DNA of 64,000 nt from Amoebidium appalachense (GCA_963693365.1 CAVNZM010000003.1:11131151-11195150), one strand, 5' to 3'. Numbered from the stretch's first letter, positions 47,144 to 59,848 are shown. The notes: generated from the letters alone by a model not told the origin. Made by a program: numbers and translations.

Positions 47144-47626
47144 TTATTTGGGCTTGTGCTTATGGCAATGGGTCGTAGATTTCACCCTGTTTTTGCAGGG
47201 ATTGCCAGCCTTGGTTTTGCCCTGGCAGTACCCATTTTCCCTGCCCACACCCACCGCTGCAGCTGCAACCGGTGGCTGTGGTGCACCCATGGGTGGATCC
47301 GGAGTGGACACAGTCAGCGCGGGTACCCCGGTGCGCTCGGTGCGAGGGCGCTGCATTTCTGCGACTGTAAAGGCGGCCAGGAGGTCGTCCAGCAGGAGGT
47401 TTGCATGAGCATAGTCCCCGGCCTTGTGGGGGTGGAGGATGTTGATGGTGTTGTCGCTGTAGAGGAGGACACCGGTGGCAGGGGCAAAGCATACCCAGGG
47501 CTTGAAGCCGTCCTTGTGGTGTGGGCATGTTTTCTTTTTGTTTTTGCACTGGGCTTTTTTTGAGGGTGCAAATGCAGGGCATCGTTCGGGGTCAACCGAA
47601 TCGGGGCGCAAAAGTGCGTCTCCCAT
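47144..47626 (-). CDS. Small protein with two C-x-C-x-C-H zinc motifs (DUF5763-like)
   Basis: Intronless, 160 aa from MGDALL. Motifs CPAFAPSKKAQCKNKKKTCPHH and CQGKTKAGNPCKNRVKSTTHCHKH (the CxGxTKxGxxC...CxxH pattern). Confidence 0.7.
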   Translation of the reverse strand: MGDALLRPDSVDPERCPAFAPSKKAQCKNKKKTCPHHKDGFKPWVCFAPATGVLLYSDNTINILHPHKAGDYAHANLLLDDLLAAFTVAEMQRPRTERTGVPALTVSTPDPPMGAPQPPVAAAAVGVGRENGYCQGKTKAGNPCKNRVKSTTHCHKHKPK

Positions 47627-47930
47627 TTCTAGTGTTTTGTTTTGGTGTGCACTGTTCTTGGATTGGGGTGAAGCGAGACAAAAAGTAAAAGCGAGTACTT
47701 TTTGTTGACTGGTTGATGGCATATCAATCAATCTCTTGGTGCCAAACCACTGACCAATCACATGGGTGTATTCACGAATTCCAATCTAAATTCGGCATCT
47801 GGAGAGAGGGGTACTGGTAAAACACAAGAGCAACACGGCATCAAGAGTTTGTACCACAGGCAAGATCTCAGAGAGGTCACTTTTGGGGTGTAACACGTCG
47901 GATACTGAAAGTTTTGTGAGGTACACGTAC

Positions 47931-48203
47931 ATGTTCGACAGCACGGTCACCACAGGCATTCTTTATGTGATATCTATATGCAGTGTCGTTGCAAATATAC
48001 ACTGGTACAATTTAATGAAGTCCGAACCGAATGCTAGAGAGAAAGTGAACAAAATGTATCTGGTGTACGTCAGCGCTGCTATTGTCCTCACATGTTTATT
48101 GGTTACACCATTGGTGTATGCAGTCATATACTATTTCAATAAGAAGACGGGTGCTGCGGAGTACGACACCACTCTGAGACAAACAAGTCACTCGGACTTT
48201 TAA
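47931..48203 (+). CDS. Hypothetical small membrane protein (2 predicted TM segments)
   Basis: 90-aa complex ORF with hydrophobic stretches GILYVISICSVVANI and YLVYVSAAIVLTCLLVTPLVYAVIYYF. Confidence 0.6.
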   Translation: MFDSTVTTGILYVISICSVVANIHWYNLMKSEPNAREKVNKMYLVYVSAAIVLTCLLVTPLVYAVIYYFNKKTGAAEYDTTLRQTSHSDF

Positions 48204-48217
48204 TTCAATTAACACAC

Positions 48218-48479
48218 CGCGCTACAAAAGTGGAGTACACGACAATCACAGCGCCAGCGCTGATACAAAAGTGGAGTACACGACAATCACAGCGCCAGCG
48301 CTGATACAAAAGTGGAGTACACGCCAGCGCTGATACAAAAGTGGAGTACCGCCAGCGCTGATACAAAAGTGGAGTACACGACAATCACAGCGCCAGCGCT
48401 GATACAAAAGTGGAGTACACGACAATCACAGCGCCAGCGCTGATACAAAAGTGGAGTACACGCCAGCGCTGATACAAAA
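48218..48479 (+). repeat. Tandem array, 41-bp unit with 27-29-bp deletion variants (about 7 copies)
   Basis: CGCCAGCGCTGATACAAAAGTGGAGTACA(CGACAATCACAG) repeated. Confidence 0.95.
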
Positions 48480-48616
48480 AGCAATAAACATGGTACTCCA
48501 CACCACACGTGCACCGACCCGAAAACACGAAAATAAACACACAACGACAGCGCTGCACGGCCGATACAGTTACTTTGCATACCATTGGCCCGGGCTGGGA
48601 TGAACGAGTAACACTG

Positions 48617-50345
48617 CTAGTGCATGCAGGGAATACAGAGCAGGAAGAGAGAAATGGTGCTAGTGCATGTGGGTGGTGGGGGACTCTTTGAATGCATGCA
48701 TGGCATGGGGATTGAAGGACTTAGACGTGCATGCATGAAGGGGGGAGGGGAGGGGGGGGGGGGGGTGGGGGGGGGGGGATATAGAGCAGGAAGAGAGAAA
48801 TGGTGCTAGTGCATGTGGGTGGTGGGGGACTCTTTGAATGCATGCATGGCATGGGGATTGAAGGACTTAGACGTGCATGCATGAAGGGGGGAGGGGAGGG
48901 GGGGGGGGGATATAGAGCAGGAAGAGAGAAATGGTGCTAGTGCATGTGGGTGGTGGGGGACTCTTTGAATGCATGCATGGCATGGGGATTGAAGGACTTA
49001 GACGTGCATGCATGAAGGGGGGAGGGGAGGGGGGGGGGATATAGAGCAGGAAGAGAGAAATGGTGCTAGTGCATGTGGGTGGTGGGGGACTCTTTGAATG
49101 CATGCATGGCATGGGGATTGAAGGACTTAGACGTGCATGCATGAAGGGGGGAGGGGAGGGGGGGGGGGGGGATATAGAGCAGGAAGAGAGAAATGGTGCT
49201 AGTGCATGTGGGTGGTGGGGGACTCTTTGAATGCATGCATGGCATGGGGATTGAAGGACTTAGACGTGCATGCATGAAGGGGGGAGGGGAGGGGGGGGGA
49301 TATAGAGCAGGAAGAGAGAAATGGTGCTAGTGCATGTGGGTGGTGGGGGACTCTTTGAATGTGTGCATGGCATGGGGATTGAAGGACTTAGACGTGCATG
49401 CATGAAGGGGGGAGGGGAGGAGGGGGGGTGGGGGGGGATATAGAGCAGGAAGAGAGAAATGGTGCTAGTGCATGTGGGTGGTGGGGGACTCTTTGAGTGT
49501 GTGCATGGCATGGGGATTGAAGGACTTAGACGTGCATGCATGAAGGGGGAAGGGGAGGGGGGGGGGGTGGGGGGGGGGGATATAGAGCAGGAAGAGAGAA
49601 ATGGTGCTAGTGCATGTGGGTGGTGGGGGACTCTTTGAATGTGTGCATGGCATGGGGATTGAAGGACTTAGACGTGCATGCATGAAGGGGGGAGGGGAGG
49701 AGGGGGGTGGGGGGGGATATAGAGCAGGAAGAGAGAAATGGTGCTAGTGCATGTGGGTGGTGGGGGACTCTTTGAGTGTGTGCATGGCATGGGGATTGAA
49801 GGACTTAGACGTGCATGCATGAAGGGGGGAAGGGGGAGGGGGGGGGGGGGTGGGGGGGGGGATATAGAGCAGGAAGAGAGAAATGGTGCTAGTGCATGTG
49901 GGTGGTGGGGGACTCTTCGAGTGTGTGCATGGCATGGGGATTGAAGGACTTAGACGTGCATGCATGAAGGGGGGAGGGGAGGGGGGGGGGGGGGGGGGGG
50001 GGATATAGAGCAGGAAGAGAGAAATGGTGCTAGTGCATGTGGGTGGTGGGGGACTCTTTGAGTGTGTGCATGGCATGGGATTGAAGGACTTAGACGTGCA
50101 TGCATGAAGGGGGAAGGGGAGGGGGGGGGGGTGGGGGGGGGGATATAGAGCAGGAAGAGAGAAATGGTGCTAGTGCATGTGGGTGGTGGGGGACTCTTTG
50201 AGTGTGTGCATGGCATGGGGATTGAAGGACTTAGACGTGCATGCATGAAGGGGGGAGGGGGGATACAGAGCAGGAAGAGAGAAATAGTGCTAGTGCATGT
50301 GGGTGGTGGGACTCTTTGAGTGTGTGAAGGACTTAGACGTGCATC
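48617..50345 (+). repeat. Tandem array of about 13 units: about 110-bp constant core plus variable G-tract
   Basis: ATATAGAGCAGGAAGAGAGAAATGGTGCTAGTGCATGTGGGTGGTGGGGGACTCTTTGA...GAAGGACTTAGACGTGCATGCATGAAGG followed by a G-rich linker; period about 128-145 bp. Confidence 0.95.
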
Positions 50346-50476
50346 ACGTCTGTGTATACAAGCATGTGGGGTAAGCACAGATTCAGATAACACTGGATTT
50401 CTTTTTATAAAATCCATCTCCAACCGATTGTAAAAAGAAATCCCAAAACTTCTACCTATACATTATACAGAAACCG

Positions 50477-50665
50477 TAGGCTCTGCCATGTAACATAGTC
50501 GAAGCCCCCCCCCCCCCCCCCCCCCAAAAAAAAACAAAAAAAAACAAAAACAAAAACCAAAAAAAAAAACAATGCTTTCAAGTCTATATTTTTCCAGATT
50601 TCACACGGCATCACTCCCACGTCCTAGGCTCTGCCATGTAACATAGTCGAAGCCCCCCCCCCCCC

Positions 50666-50702
<37 letters not shown>

Positions 50703-50880
50703 AATGCTTTCCGTGTTTCATAGCCAAGTCTATATTTTTCCACATTTCACACGGCATCACTCCAACGTCTTAGGCTCTGCCATGTAACATAGTCGAAGCC
50801 CCCCCCCCCCCCCCTCCCCCCCCCCCCACAAAAAAAAAACAAAAAAAAAAAACAAAACAAAAAAAACACACACAAAGTCT
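50477..50880 (+). repeat. Tandem array, about 147-bp unit, about 2.7 copies, with internal C- and A-tracts
   Basis: TAGGCTCTGCCATGTAACATAGTCGAAGC at about 50477, 50625 and 50771. Confidence 0.9.
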
Positions 50881-50881
50881 T

Positions 50882-52270
50882 TCAGACCGAATGGTCATCG
50901 TCACTGGAAGTCACAGGCCTCCGTGTGCGGAGCACCGTTTTCTTGCCCGATGGTCTTTCTTTCTTGCCCTGCCCTGCACGACTGCTTTCTTTCCGCTTCT
51001 TCTCATCCTCCTCTCTGGCTGCTTCGTCGAGAATCTTATCTATTGATTCCTTGGGCCTTTCTCTCTCTCCGCCCCGGAACCGTTTGGGCACATTCCCACC
51101 TGAATCCGCCCCCCTCTTCAGCCCGAGCCCGGTTTTTGTGTGGGGACTGGACATCATGGGGTCTGTGCGAGCGGGGGCACTCTGAATAGGACGTTGGTGG
51201 GGGCGGGCAACGGATGAACGACCGGATTGGGTAGCGCTAGAGGGGGGGGGGGGGAGTATCTCCTCGACGTCGGATGTTTGTGTGTGGGGATTGGACATCA
51301 TGGGGTCTATGCGAGCGGGGGCACTCTGAATAGGACGTTGGTGGGGGCGGGCAACGGATGAACGACCGGATTGGGTAGCGCTAGAGGGGGGGGGGGGGAG
51401 TATCTCCACGTCGGATGTATGGGGGGAGCGTTTCAGGCCCAAAAGCAGTTTTTGTGTGCTCTCCTTGACTGTCTTTCGATAGGTTTTCTGCAGGTCTGCC
51501 ATCTCTGACTCGACTTTTGCATTTTCCTCCTTCTGCCAGGCCACCTCATCCTGCAAGGATAACTTTTCGGCCGTCTCACTAATGAGCCGAGCTTCGAGTT
51601 CCTGAACCCTCTCAGCCAACAGGTTGTTCGTTGCAGAAGCAGTATATTTATCTTTGACTGCTGCTTCTTTGACCTCTCTAATCGTTTCTGTCAACCGTTT
51701 GTTTTCATCTTTCACCGTTTGCAACGCTTTCTCCGCATTTTCATATTTCTCTTTGTATTCGAGTAAGGTGGTGGTGGCGGCGGTGGTGGGTGTAGCAGGC
51801 ACAGATGTCACGCCAAGTGAGGCTAAAGCCTGACTAAGTTGCAATGTCATTTCTGCCTGTAGTGCTTCCATAAGTCTATGGTCGATGGGAGCCGAAGAAA
51901 CGTCCTTGTCGGTGGGGTCGGCGGGGGTGCCCTTTTTGTCGGTGGGGTCGGCGGGGTCGGCGGGGGTGCCCTTTTTGTCGGTGGGGTCGGCGGGGTCGGC
52001 GGGGGTGCCCTTTTTGTCGGTGGGGTCGGTGGGGTCGGCGGGGGTGCCCTTTTTGTCGGTGGGGTCGGCGGGGTCGGCGGGGGTGCCCTTTTTGTCGGTG
52101 GGGTCAGCGGGGTCGGCGGGGGTGCCCTTTTTGTCGGTGGGGTCGGCGGGGTCGGCGGGGGTGCCCTTTTTGTCGGTGGGGTCGGTGGGGTCGGTGGGGG
52201 TGCCCTTTTTGGGGTCGGTGGGGTCGGCGGGGTTTGTGCTTTGCCCGACCATTTGCGAGGCGCTATCCAT
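50882..52270 (-). CDS. Hypothetical 462-aa protein: 13-aa N-terminal repeats, coiled coil, duplicated Pro/Ser segment, basic tail
   Basis: Intronless ATG-to-stop ORF; (DPADPTDKKGTPA) about 8 times, heptad-rich middle, ILPPPPSSATQSGRSSVARPHQRPIQSAPAR twice, NLS-like KRGADSGGNVPKRFR. No family recognised. Confidence 0.75.
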   Translation of the reverse strand: MDSASQMVGQSTNPADPTDPKKGTPTDPTDPTDKKGTPADPADPTDKKGTPADPADPTDKKGTPADPADPTDKKGTPADPTDPTDKKGTPADPADPTDKKGTPADPADPTDKKGTPADPTDKDVSSAPIDHRLMEALQAEMTLQLSQALASLGVTSVPATPTTAATTTLLEYKEKYENAEKALQTVKDENKRLTETIREVKEAAVKDKYTASATNNLLAERVQELEARLISETAEKLSLQDEVAWQKEENAKVESEMADLQKTYRKTVKESTQKLLLGLKRSPHTSDVEILPPPPSSATQSGRSSVARPHQRPIQSAPARIDPMMSNPHTQTSDVEEILPPPPSSATQSGRSSVARPHQRPIQSAPARTDPMMSSPHTKTGLGLKRGADSGGNVPKRFRGGERERPKESIDKILDEAAREEDEKKRKESSRAGQGKKERPSGKKTVLRTRRPVTSSDDDHSV

Positions 52271-52673
52271 GGTTCACAAATTCAAAAGAGGGGAATGTGA
52301 AATAGAAAAGACTACCTAGAAAAACGTGGAGGTCAGAGTCAGACACTTCTTCCCAAAAAAAAAAAGATACGAACAAAAAAAAGTCGTCACTGAAATAGAG
52401 ATACGAACAAAAAAAGTCGTCACTGAATTATTTACAAAAAGCAAAGCAAACGAAAATTCTATCGCGTGCAAACACACCGTGAACTGAAAAAAACCTCTTA
52501 CACAAAGCCAAAATAAAGCAAAATTCATTCATGTGCAAACGCGGCTGTGAACTGATCAAAAAGGCCATCACCGATGATTTTTAGAAGCAAAATGTTCTTA
52601 TAAGGGGATCCATTGAGGACTGAGGACCGAGGACCAAGCTTTGCCAAGCCTTGTAGTGCATGAGATGTAAAAT

Positions 52674-52912
52674 ATTGTATCCACTTTGGGTATGAAGCGC
52701 TGGCGCTGGGTTTGTCGTATACTCCACTTCGGGGCTTTTGTATGCAGCGCTTATTTCCCCTCTTTTTGCACACACAGCTTTGCACACACAGCAACTGTCT
52801 TTTTATTGTATCCACTTTGGGTATGAAGCTTGGGCGCTGGGTTTGTCGTATACTCCACTTCGGGGCTTTTGTATGCAGCGCTTATTTCCCCTCTTTTTGC
52901 ACACACAGCTCA
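52674..52912 (+). repeat. 131-bp period direct duplication
   Basis: ATTGTATCCACTTTGGGTATGAAGC...CCCTCTTTTTGCACACACAGCT at about 52674 and 52805. Confidence 0.9.
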
Positions 52913-52941
52913 CACACACACGCACACACACACGCACACAC

Positions 52942-53020
<79 letters not shown>

Positions 53021-53032
53021 ATATCCAATAGC

Positions 53033-53970
53033 ATCTCATTCGCGGACTTCTTGGTGCTCTGATTGTTGGATCCACGTCAGTGATCGGGCACTGGCACTCC
53101 AGGCAGCGAATTTCATAATCTGATTGTCCAATGGTCATCTCATTCGCGGACTTCTTTGTGCTCTGATTGGTGTATAACAGTTGGATCCACGTCAGTGATA
53201 GGGCACTGGCACTCCAGGCAGCGAATTTCATAATCTGATTGGCCATCTCATTCGCGGACTTCTCCGTGCTCTGATTGGTGTATAACAGTTGGATCCACGT
53301 GATAGGGCACTGGCACTCCAGGCAGCGCATGTCATAATCTGATTGGCCAAGTGCCCCATCGGCTCTTCAGATGCCGGATTCACAAAACGCTTTCCACACA
53401 TAATTTTTGTATTAAGAAAGTGTATAATCAATTTATTTTGGTGCTTTTGGTATTTATTGGTACATATTAGCGATATATATTGCTTCGCGGAAGGGTCCTG
53501 GGGAGCAAGGGCGGTAATACTATAATTAGCAGCCGAGTTGATAAGCCAGTTATCACGGGCGCGAATATTCCCAAATGCACGCGAATCATTCAGTGATTGT
53601 TGGATAGGGGCTATCGGGCACTGGTACTAAGGGCAAACGCGTGTCGGCCATGGCATGATCTGATTAGCCAATTTGATACGATGTTGCAAATCCTAAAGGC
53701 TTTTCGTAGACTGGTTTCAGAAAACGCTTTCCACACAAATTTCTAAGCAAATATTTGCATAATAAATATAAATTAATCATTTTGGGTATATTATTTTTAT
53801 TGCTAAGTTATAACACTTAATTAGCCACAAATTTGGCTACGCAGAGGGGCAGCCGGGTCGGTGAAACGATCTTACTGATTGGCCAGTTATCACGTACGCG
53901 CGCCGAGTATTGCCCAATACACATTCCATTTTGCAATTGGGCAAACAGGACAAACTATTGATTGGTCAGC
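53033..53970. promoter_or_regulatory. CCAAT-box-rich repeat array in a divergent promoter
   Basis: Three 104-108-bp units (CATCTCATTCGCGGACTTCT...CTGATTGG...GGATCCACGT...GGGCACTGGCACTCCAGGCAGCG) followed by degenerate copies. Multiple CTGATTGG(C) motifs. Lies between the starts of the 462-aa ORF and the KDM4-like gene. The regulatory role is inferred. Confidence 0.55.
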
Positions 53971-54238
53971 TATCATTTCAATGACATGATTGAAGCGCGC
54001 CACTTCAGTTCGTGTCACTTGCACCCCGGCGCTGAAACTGTTTACGTTGCAAGCAGGCCAGAGTCAAAACAAAGAACGAGAACACAGACCTGTTAGTCTG
54101 TGCACGTCGCGCTTTTAGCTGCCTTTTCTTCTTTGAATACAGACACGTAGAATTTCCTTCACGTTTTTCCCGACACATTTTAAACACACACATTGTAGAC
54201 TAGACGCGAGCGCAGCAGTGGCACAAGCACACAGGCAG

Positions 54239-54301
<63 letters not shown>

Positions 54302-54395
54302 CCGAGCGCGAGCGCAGCAGTGGCACAAGCACATAGCAAGCGCGCTCGCAGACGAGAAAAAGCTCACAATCAAACACAAAATACACACAAACAAC

Positions 54396-55698
54396 ATGGC
54401 TGCTACCAACGAACAGTTTCTGGCGCTCATCAATGATGCGTTCCAGAGTAGCATACAAGCAAACCCACCAACATTCATATTCTCGAAACATACTGATCCT
54501 ACAATCATTTTTACGGGTGAAGAGCTATTCACACGACAGGGTTTTAATCGTTATCAAAGAAAGAAGACGGCACCAATATTACACGCTGTGAAACCCAACG
54601 ATTCAGACCATGTTTCGGTCTTCTTGTTTGAACTCAACGACGGGCGTCTGTATCACAGGAACAAATATCAGTTGCAACAACTCGAAAACAACAAGGGTAT
54701 CAATACGACTATTGCTTGGATTCTGAAATGGGGTGGCCCTCAATGGAGAGTTTACGATCTTGGCAGCTATCATGGAAACTCGGATGGTTTGGCGGCGATG
54801 CTCAGTCGACTTTCCACTTTCAGTGGCAGCCACGACTTAAGTCACATACCTGAAGTATCGGGTTCTTTGCCGGGGGAGAAACAAATTTTTTGGATATTCA
54901 AAAGGCTCGGATGGGAAGTGTGGTGGGATGGGGCTGCACGCAGCCCTCCAGACAGACCTGCTGTCAAACTGCCGGCCCCGACGATTAACCACCCGAAAAA
55001 GCGGGCAAAAGTGGAGGTCCACAAGAGTGATGATGAAGGAGAGGGGGAAGAGGGGGTTGGAGAGGGAGAAGGGGGAGAGTGGAGAGGAGAGGGAGAAGGG
55101 GAAGAGGGGGTTGGAGAGGGAGAAGGGGGAGAGTGGAGAGGAGAGGGAGAAGGGGGAGAGTGGAGAGGAGAGGGAGAAGGGGGAGAGTGGAGAGGAGAGG
55201 GAGAAGGGGAAGAGGGGGTTGGAGAGGGAGAAGGGGGAGAGTGGAGAGGGAGAGGGAGAAGGGGAAGAGGGGGTTGGAGAGGGAGAAGGGGGAGAGTGGA
55301 GAGGAGAGGGAGAAGGGGGAGAGTGGGTTGGAGAGGGAGAAGGGGGAGAGCGGAGAGGGAGAGGGAGAAGGGGGAGAGTGGAGAGGAGAGGGAGAAGGGG
55401 AAGAGGGGGTTGGAGAGGGAGAAGGGGGAGAGTGGAGAGGGAGAGGGAGAAGGGGGAGAGTGGGATTTCCAGCCAGGTAACCCCCCCCCCCCCCCACACA
55501 CACACAACCAACCACCCAATTACCCAACCACCTACACCACCATCACCCACACATTGAAGCCATCACACACCTGCACGCATGCATGCACCTCGGCTTATCC
55601 CCCCCCCCCCCCACACACACACACCACGGGAAGGCACCTGCACGCATGCATGCACCTAGGCCTATCCCACCCCCCATCCCCCCCCCCCCCCGGCTCCC

Positions 55699-55741
<43 letters not shown>

Positions 55742-56068
55742 ACGGGAAGGCACCTGCACGCATGCATGACACACACACACACACACACACACACCACGGG
55801 AAGGCACCTGCACGCATGCATGACACACACACACACACACACACACCACGGGAAGGCACCTGCACGCATGCATGACACACACACACACACACACACACCA
55901 CGGGAAGGCACCTGCACGCATGCATGACACACACACACACACACACACACCACGGGAGGCACCTGCACGCATGCATGACACACACACACACACACACACA
56001 CCACGGAAAGGCACCTGCACGCATGTATGCACTCGGCTAAACCCCCCCCCCCCCCCTGGCTCCCCCCC

Positions 56069-56101
<33 letters not shown>

Positions 56102-56179
56102 ACGGGAAGGCACCTGCACGCATGCATGACACACACACACACACACACACACCACGGGAAGGCACCTGCACGCATGCAT

Positions 56180-56213
<34 letters not shown>

Positions 56214-56492
56214 ACGGGAAGGCACCTGCACGCATGCATGACACACACACACACACACACACACACCACGGGAGGCACCTGCACGCATGCATGACACACA
56301 CACACACACACACACACCACGGAAAGGCACCTGCACGCATGTATGCACTCGGCTAAACCCCCCCCCCCCCCTGGCTCCCCCCCCTACACACACACACACA
56401 CACACACACACACCACGGGAAGGCACCTGCACGCATGCATGACACACACACACACACACACACACCACGGGAAGGCACCTGCACGCATGCAT

Positions 56493-56526
<34 letters not shown>

Positions 56527-56694
56527 ACGGGAAGGCACCTGCACGCATGCATGACACACACACACACACACACACACACCACGGGAGGCACCTGCACGCA
56601 TGCATGACACACACACACACACACACACACCACGGAAAGGCACCTGCACGCATGTATGCACTCGGCTAAACCCCCCCCCCCCCTGGCTCCCCCC

Positions 56695-56727
<33 letters not shown>

Positions 56728-56753
56728 ACGGGAAGGCACCTGCACGCATGCAT

Positions 56754-56785
<32 letters not shown>

Positions 56786-56811
56786 ACGGGAAGGCACCTG
56801 CACGCATGCAT

Positions 56812-56843
<32 letters not shown>

Positions 56844-56925
56844 ACGGGAAGGCACCTGCACGCATGCATGACACACACACACACACACACACACACACCA
56901 CGGGAAGGCACCTGCACGCATGCAT

Positions 56926-56957
<32 letters not shown>

Positions 56958-56983
56958 ACGGGAAGGCACCTGCACGCATGCAT

Positions 56984-57015
<32 letters not shown>

Positions 57016-57041
57016 ACGGGAAGGCACCTGCACGCATGCAT

Positions 57042-57073
<32 letters not shown>

Positions 57074-57099
57074 ACGGGAAGGCACCTGCACGCATGCAT

Positions 57100-57131
<32 letters not shown>

Positions 57132-57213
57132 ACGGGAAGGCACCTGCACGCATGCATGACACACACACACACACACACACACACACCACGGGAAGGCACC
57201 TGCACGCATGCAT

Positions 57214-57245
<32 letters not shown>

Positions 57246-57332
57246 ACGGGAAGGCACCTGCACGCATGCATGACACACACACACACACACACACACCACG
57301 GGAAGGCACCTGCACGCATGTATGCACTCGGC

Positions 57333-57366
<34 letters not shown>

Positions 57367-59807
57367 ACACACACGCACACACACGCACGCACACACAGAG
57401 CAAGAAGCGGGAGAGGTGGACAGGGGGCAACAACAAGACACTGAGACTGGGGAGGTGGCGGGGTTCAACGAGGTACCCGTAGCACATCTCCGCCAAATGC
57501 ATCTAGAAAAGCTCTCCTTGGAGAAGATAGTTTTGTCAATCGAAAAAGAACACGAGTTTCGGGCAGCTGGTGCCGTCAAGTTCGTGCCTCCCGAGCCGGT
57601 AGTGCAGGGGCTGAAAAAGGCTGCTCAGGCCACACGAGTGAGAAAATCCTACACCCGGATTTGGGTGGAGGCTACCACCATCAGGGATGTCTTCCTCGTT
57701 TATAGGGAGGACATCATAGGGCAAATTCCAGAGGTGCGTATTTGCAACCACTAGGATGTGGTTACCATGAACAGGGGCTAACACGATTGGGCAGGGGGAT
57801 CCGGTGGGGGAGGAGGAGTTTTGGAGGTTGTTGGACTCCCTATCGGATGGTGAAAAATCAATGTTCCTTTACGGAACAGATCTGAAGCCTCTTAAAAACA
57901 CCCATACACCCAGTGAGGTACGTATGTGTGCGGCGAAGATTTGTATGTTGTGTGTGTTTTTGCGGAGAGTGATGTTGTGCATGTGTGCGTGCGTGTGTTT
58001 GTGCGGAGAGTGTATGTTGTGCATGTGTGCGTGCGTGTGTTTGTGCAGAGAGTGTATGTTGTGCATGCGTGCGTGCGTGTGTTTGTGCGGAGAGTGTATG
58101 TTGTGCATGTGTGCGTGCGTGTGTTTGTGCAGAGAGTGTATGTTGTGCATGCGTGCGTGCGTGTGTTTGTGCGGAGAGTGTATGTTGCGTAGGCATGTGT
58201 GCGTGTGTGTAGGGATGCGTGCGTGCGTGTGTTTGTGCGGAGAGTGTATGTTGTGTAGGGATGCGTGCGTGCGTGTGTTTGTGCGGAGAGTGTATGTTGT
58301 GTAGGGATGCGTGCGTGCGTGTGTTTGTGCGGAGAGTGGATGTTGTGTAGGGATGCGTGCGTGCGTGTGTTTGTGCGGAGAGTGTATGTTGTGTAGGGAT
58401 GCGTGCGTGCGTGTGTTTGTGCGGAGAGTGTATGTTGTGTAGGGATGCGTGCGTGCGTGTGTTTGTGCGGAGAGTGGATGTTGTGTAGGGATGCGTGCGT
58501 GCGTGTGTTTGTGCGGAGAGTGTATGTTGTGTAGGGATGCGTGCGTGCGTGTGTTTGTGCGGAGAGTGTATGTTGTGTAGGGATGCGTGCGTGCGTGTGT
58601 TTGTGCGGAGAGTGTATGTTGTGTAGGGATGCGTGCGTGCGTGGGGTGTATGTTGTGTAGGCATGCGTGCGTGCGTGGGTGTGCAGCGGAGAGTGTATGT
58701 TGTGTTGATGCACTGTGGTGGGTATATGTAGGCATGCTGTGTGTTGTTGAATGGTGAACATGAAGGCACTAACAGGAGGGACAGGTGGTGAACAAAGAAA
58801 TCGACTACATGTTCAGCTTGGAGACGCTTGACTCAATAGTATCAAGAGAATTCAAAGATCGTGTGGGCATCTCAACACCGATGCTCTATAAGTATGCCCC
58901 CCCCCCCCCCCAAAAAAAAAAAAAAACAAATAATTAAACAAAGGAAAAAGGCAGGCTTGCAGAACGCCCCTTATGTTCACAGAACCATCCTGGGTGTGTG
59001 TATGGGTCGGTCTTTTCGGAATGTATTGGGCCACATCTAGTCGGAAGTAATTACTGTTTTAGCCCCAACTAATCCCATGCCTCTTTGCAGTGTCACGACT
59101 GGGGGTCCGATTGTGCTCCACACAGAAGACCTTCTACTTGGGAGTGTCAACATCATGGTCCGTGGGCCAGGAGAGAAAATCTGGTTCGTGATCAGTGCAG
59201 AGTACGAGGAACAGGTTACGTCTATCCTCGAGGATATCCACGAGAGACTTGAGCTTTCGGGGGCCGGTATCTGTAAGAAAGTCACACAGCATAAGGTAGG
59301 CCCCCCACCAAAAAAAAAAAAAAAAAAAACAATAAAAAAAAAAACAATAAAAAAAAAACGACCACACACACACAGTAACAGAGGACGAACAAGAAGAGGG
59401 AGAGAGGGAGTGGTAGATACAGACGTGAAGAACAAGTGGTAGACACAGACGTGAAGAACAAGTGGTAGACACAGACGTGAAGAACAAGAACCAAAAAAGC
59501 ACTTACAAAAACGACCACCCGGGTTTTCATATGACTAACATTTGGGTGGGGCAGTCTGTGTTCATCCACCCCCGTTATTTGATGAAGAAGGGCATCCCCG
59601 TGCAGCGCACGGTTCAGCACGCCGGTGAGGTCATCTGCACCTTGCCTGGAGCATACCACTTTGGGTATGCTGCTGGTAGCAGCTTGGCCGAGGCGGTAAA
59701 TTTTGCCACGGTCAACTGGCTTGTGGTCGCTGGCAAGAAGCCCCCCCCGGCATGCACGTGTGGCTACACTGACAGGGAACTCGTTTTCGAGGTACCCCCC
59801 CCCCCCC

Positions 59808-59848
<41 letters not shown>

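Noticed and set aside
48617-50345. CRISPR-like repeat/spacer array or repeat-protein gene
   Set aside because: The approximately 110-bp core with G-tract linkers has no unique spacers, and reading frames break between units.
55565-57340. CRISPR array
   Set aside because: Spacers are only (CA)n, no cas genes are present, and it lies in a spliceosomal intron; it is a minisatellite.
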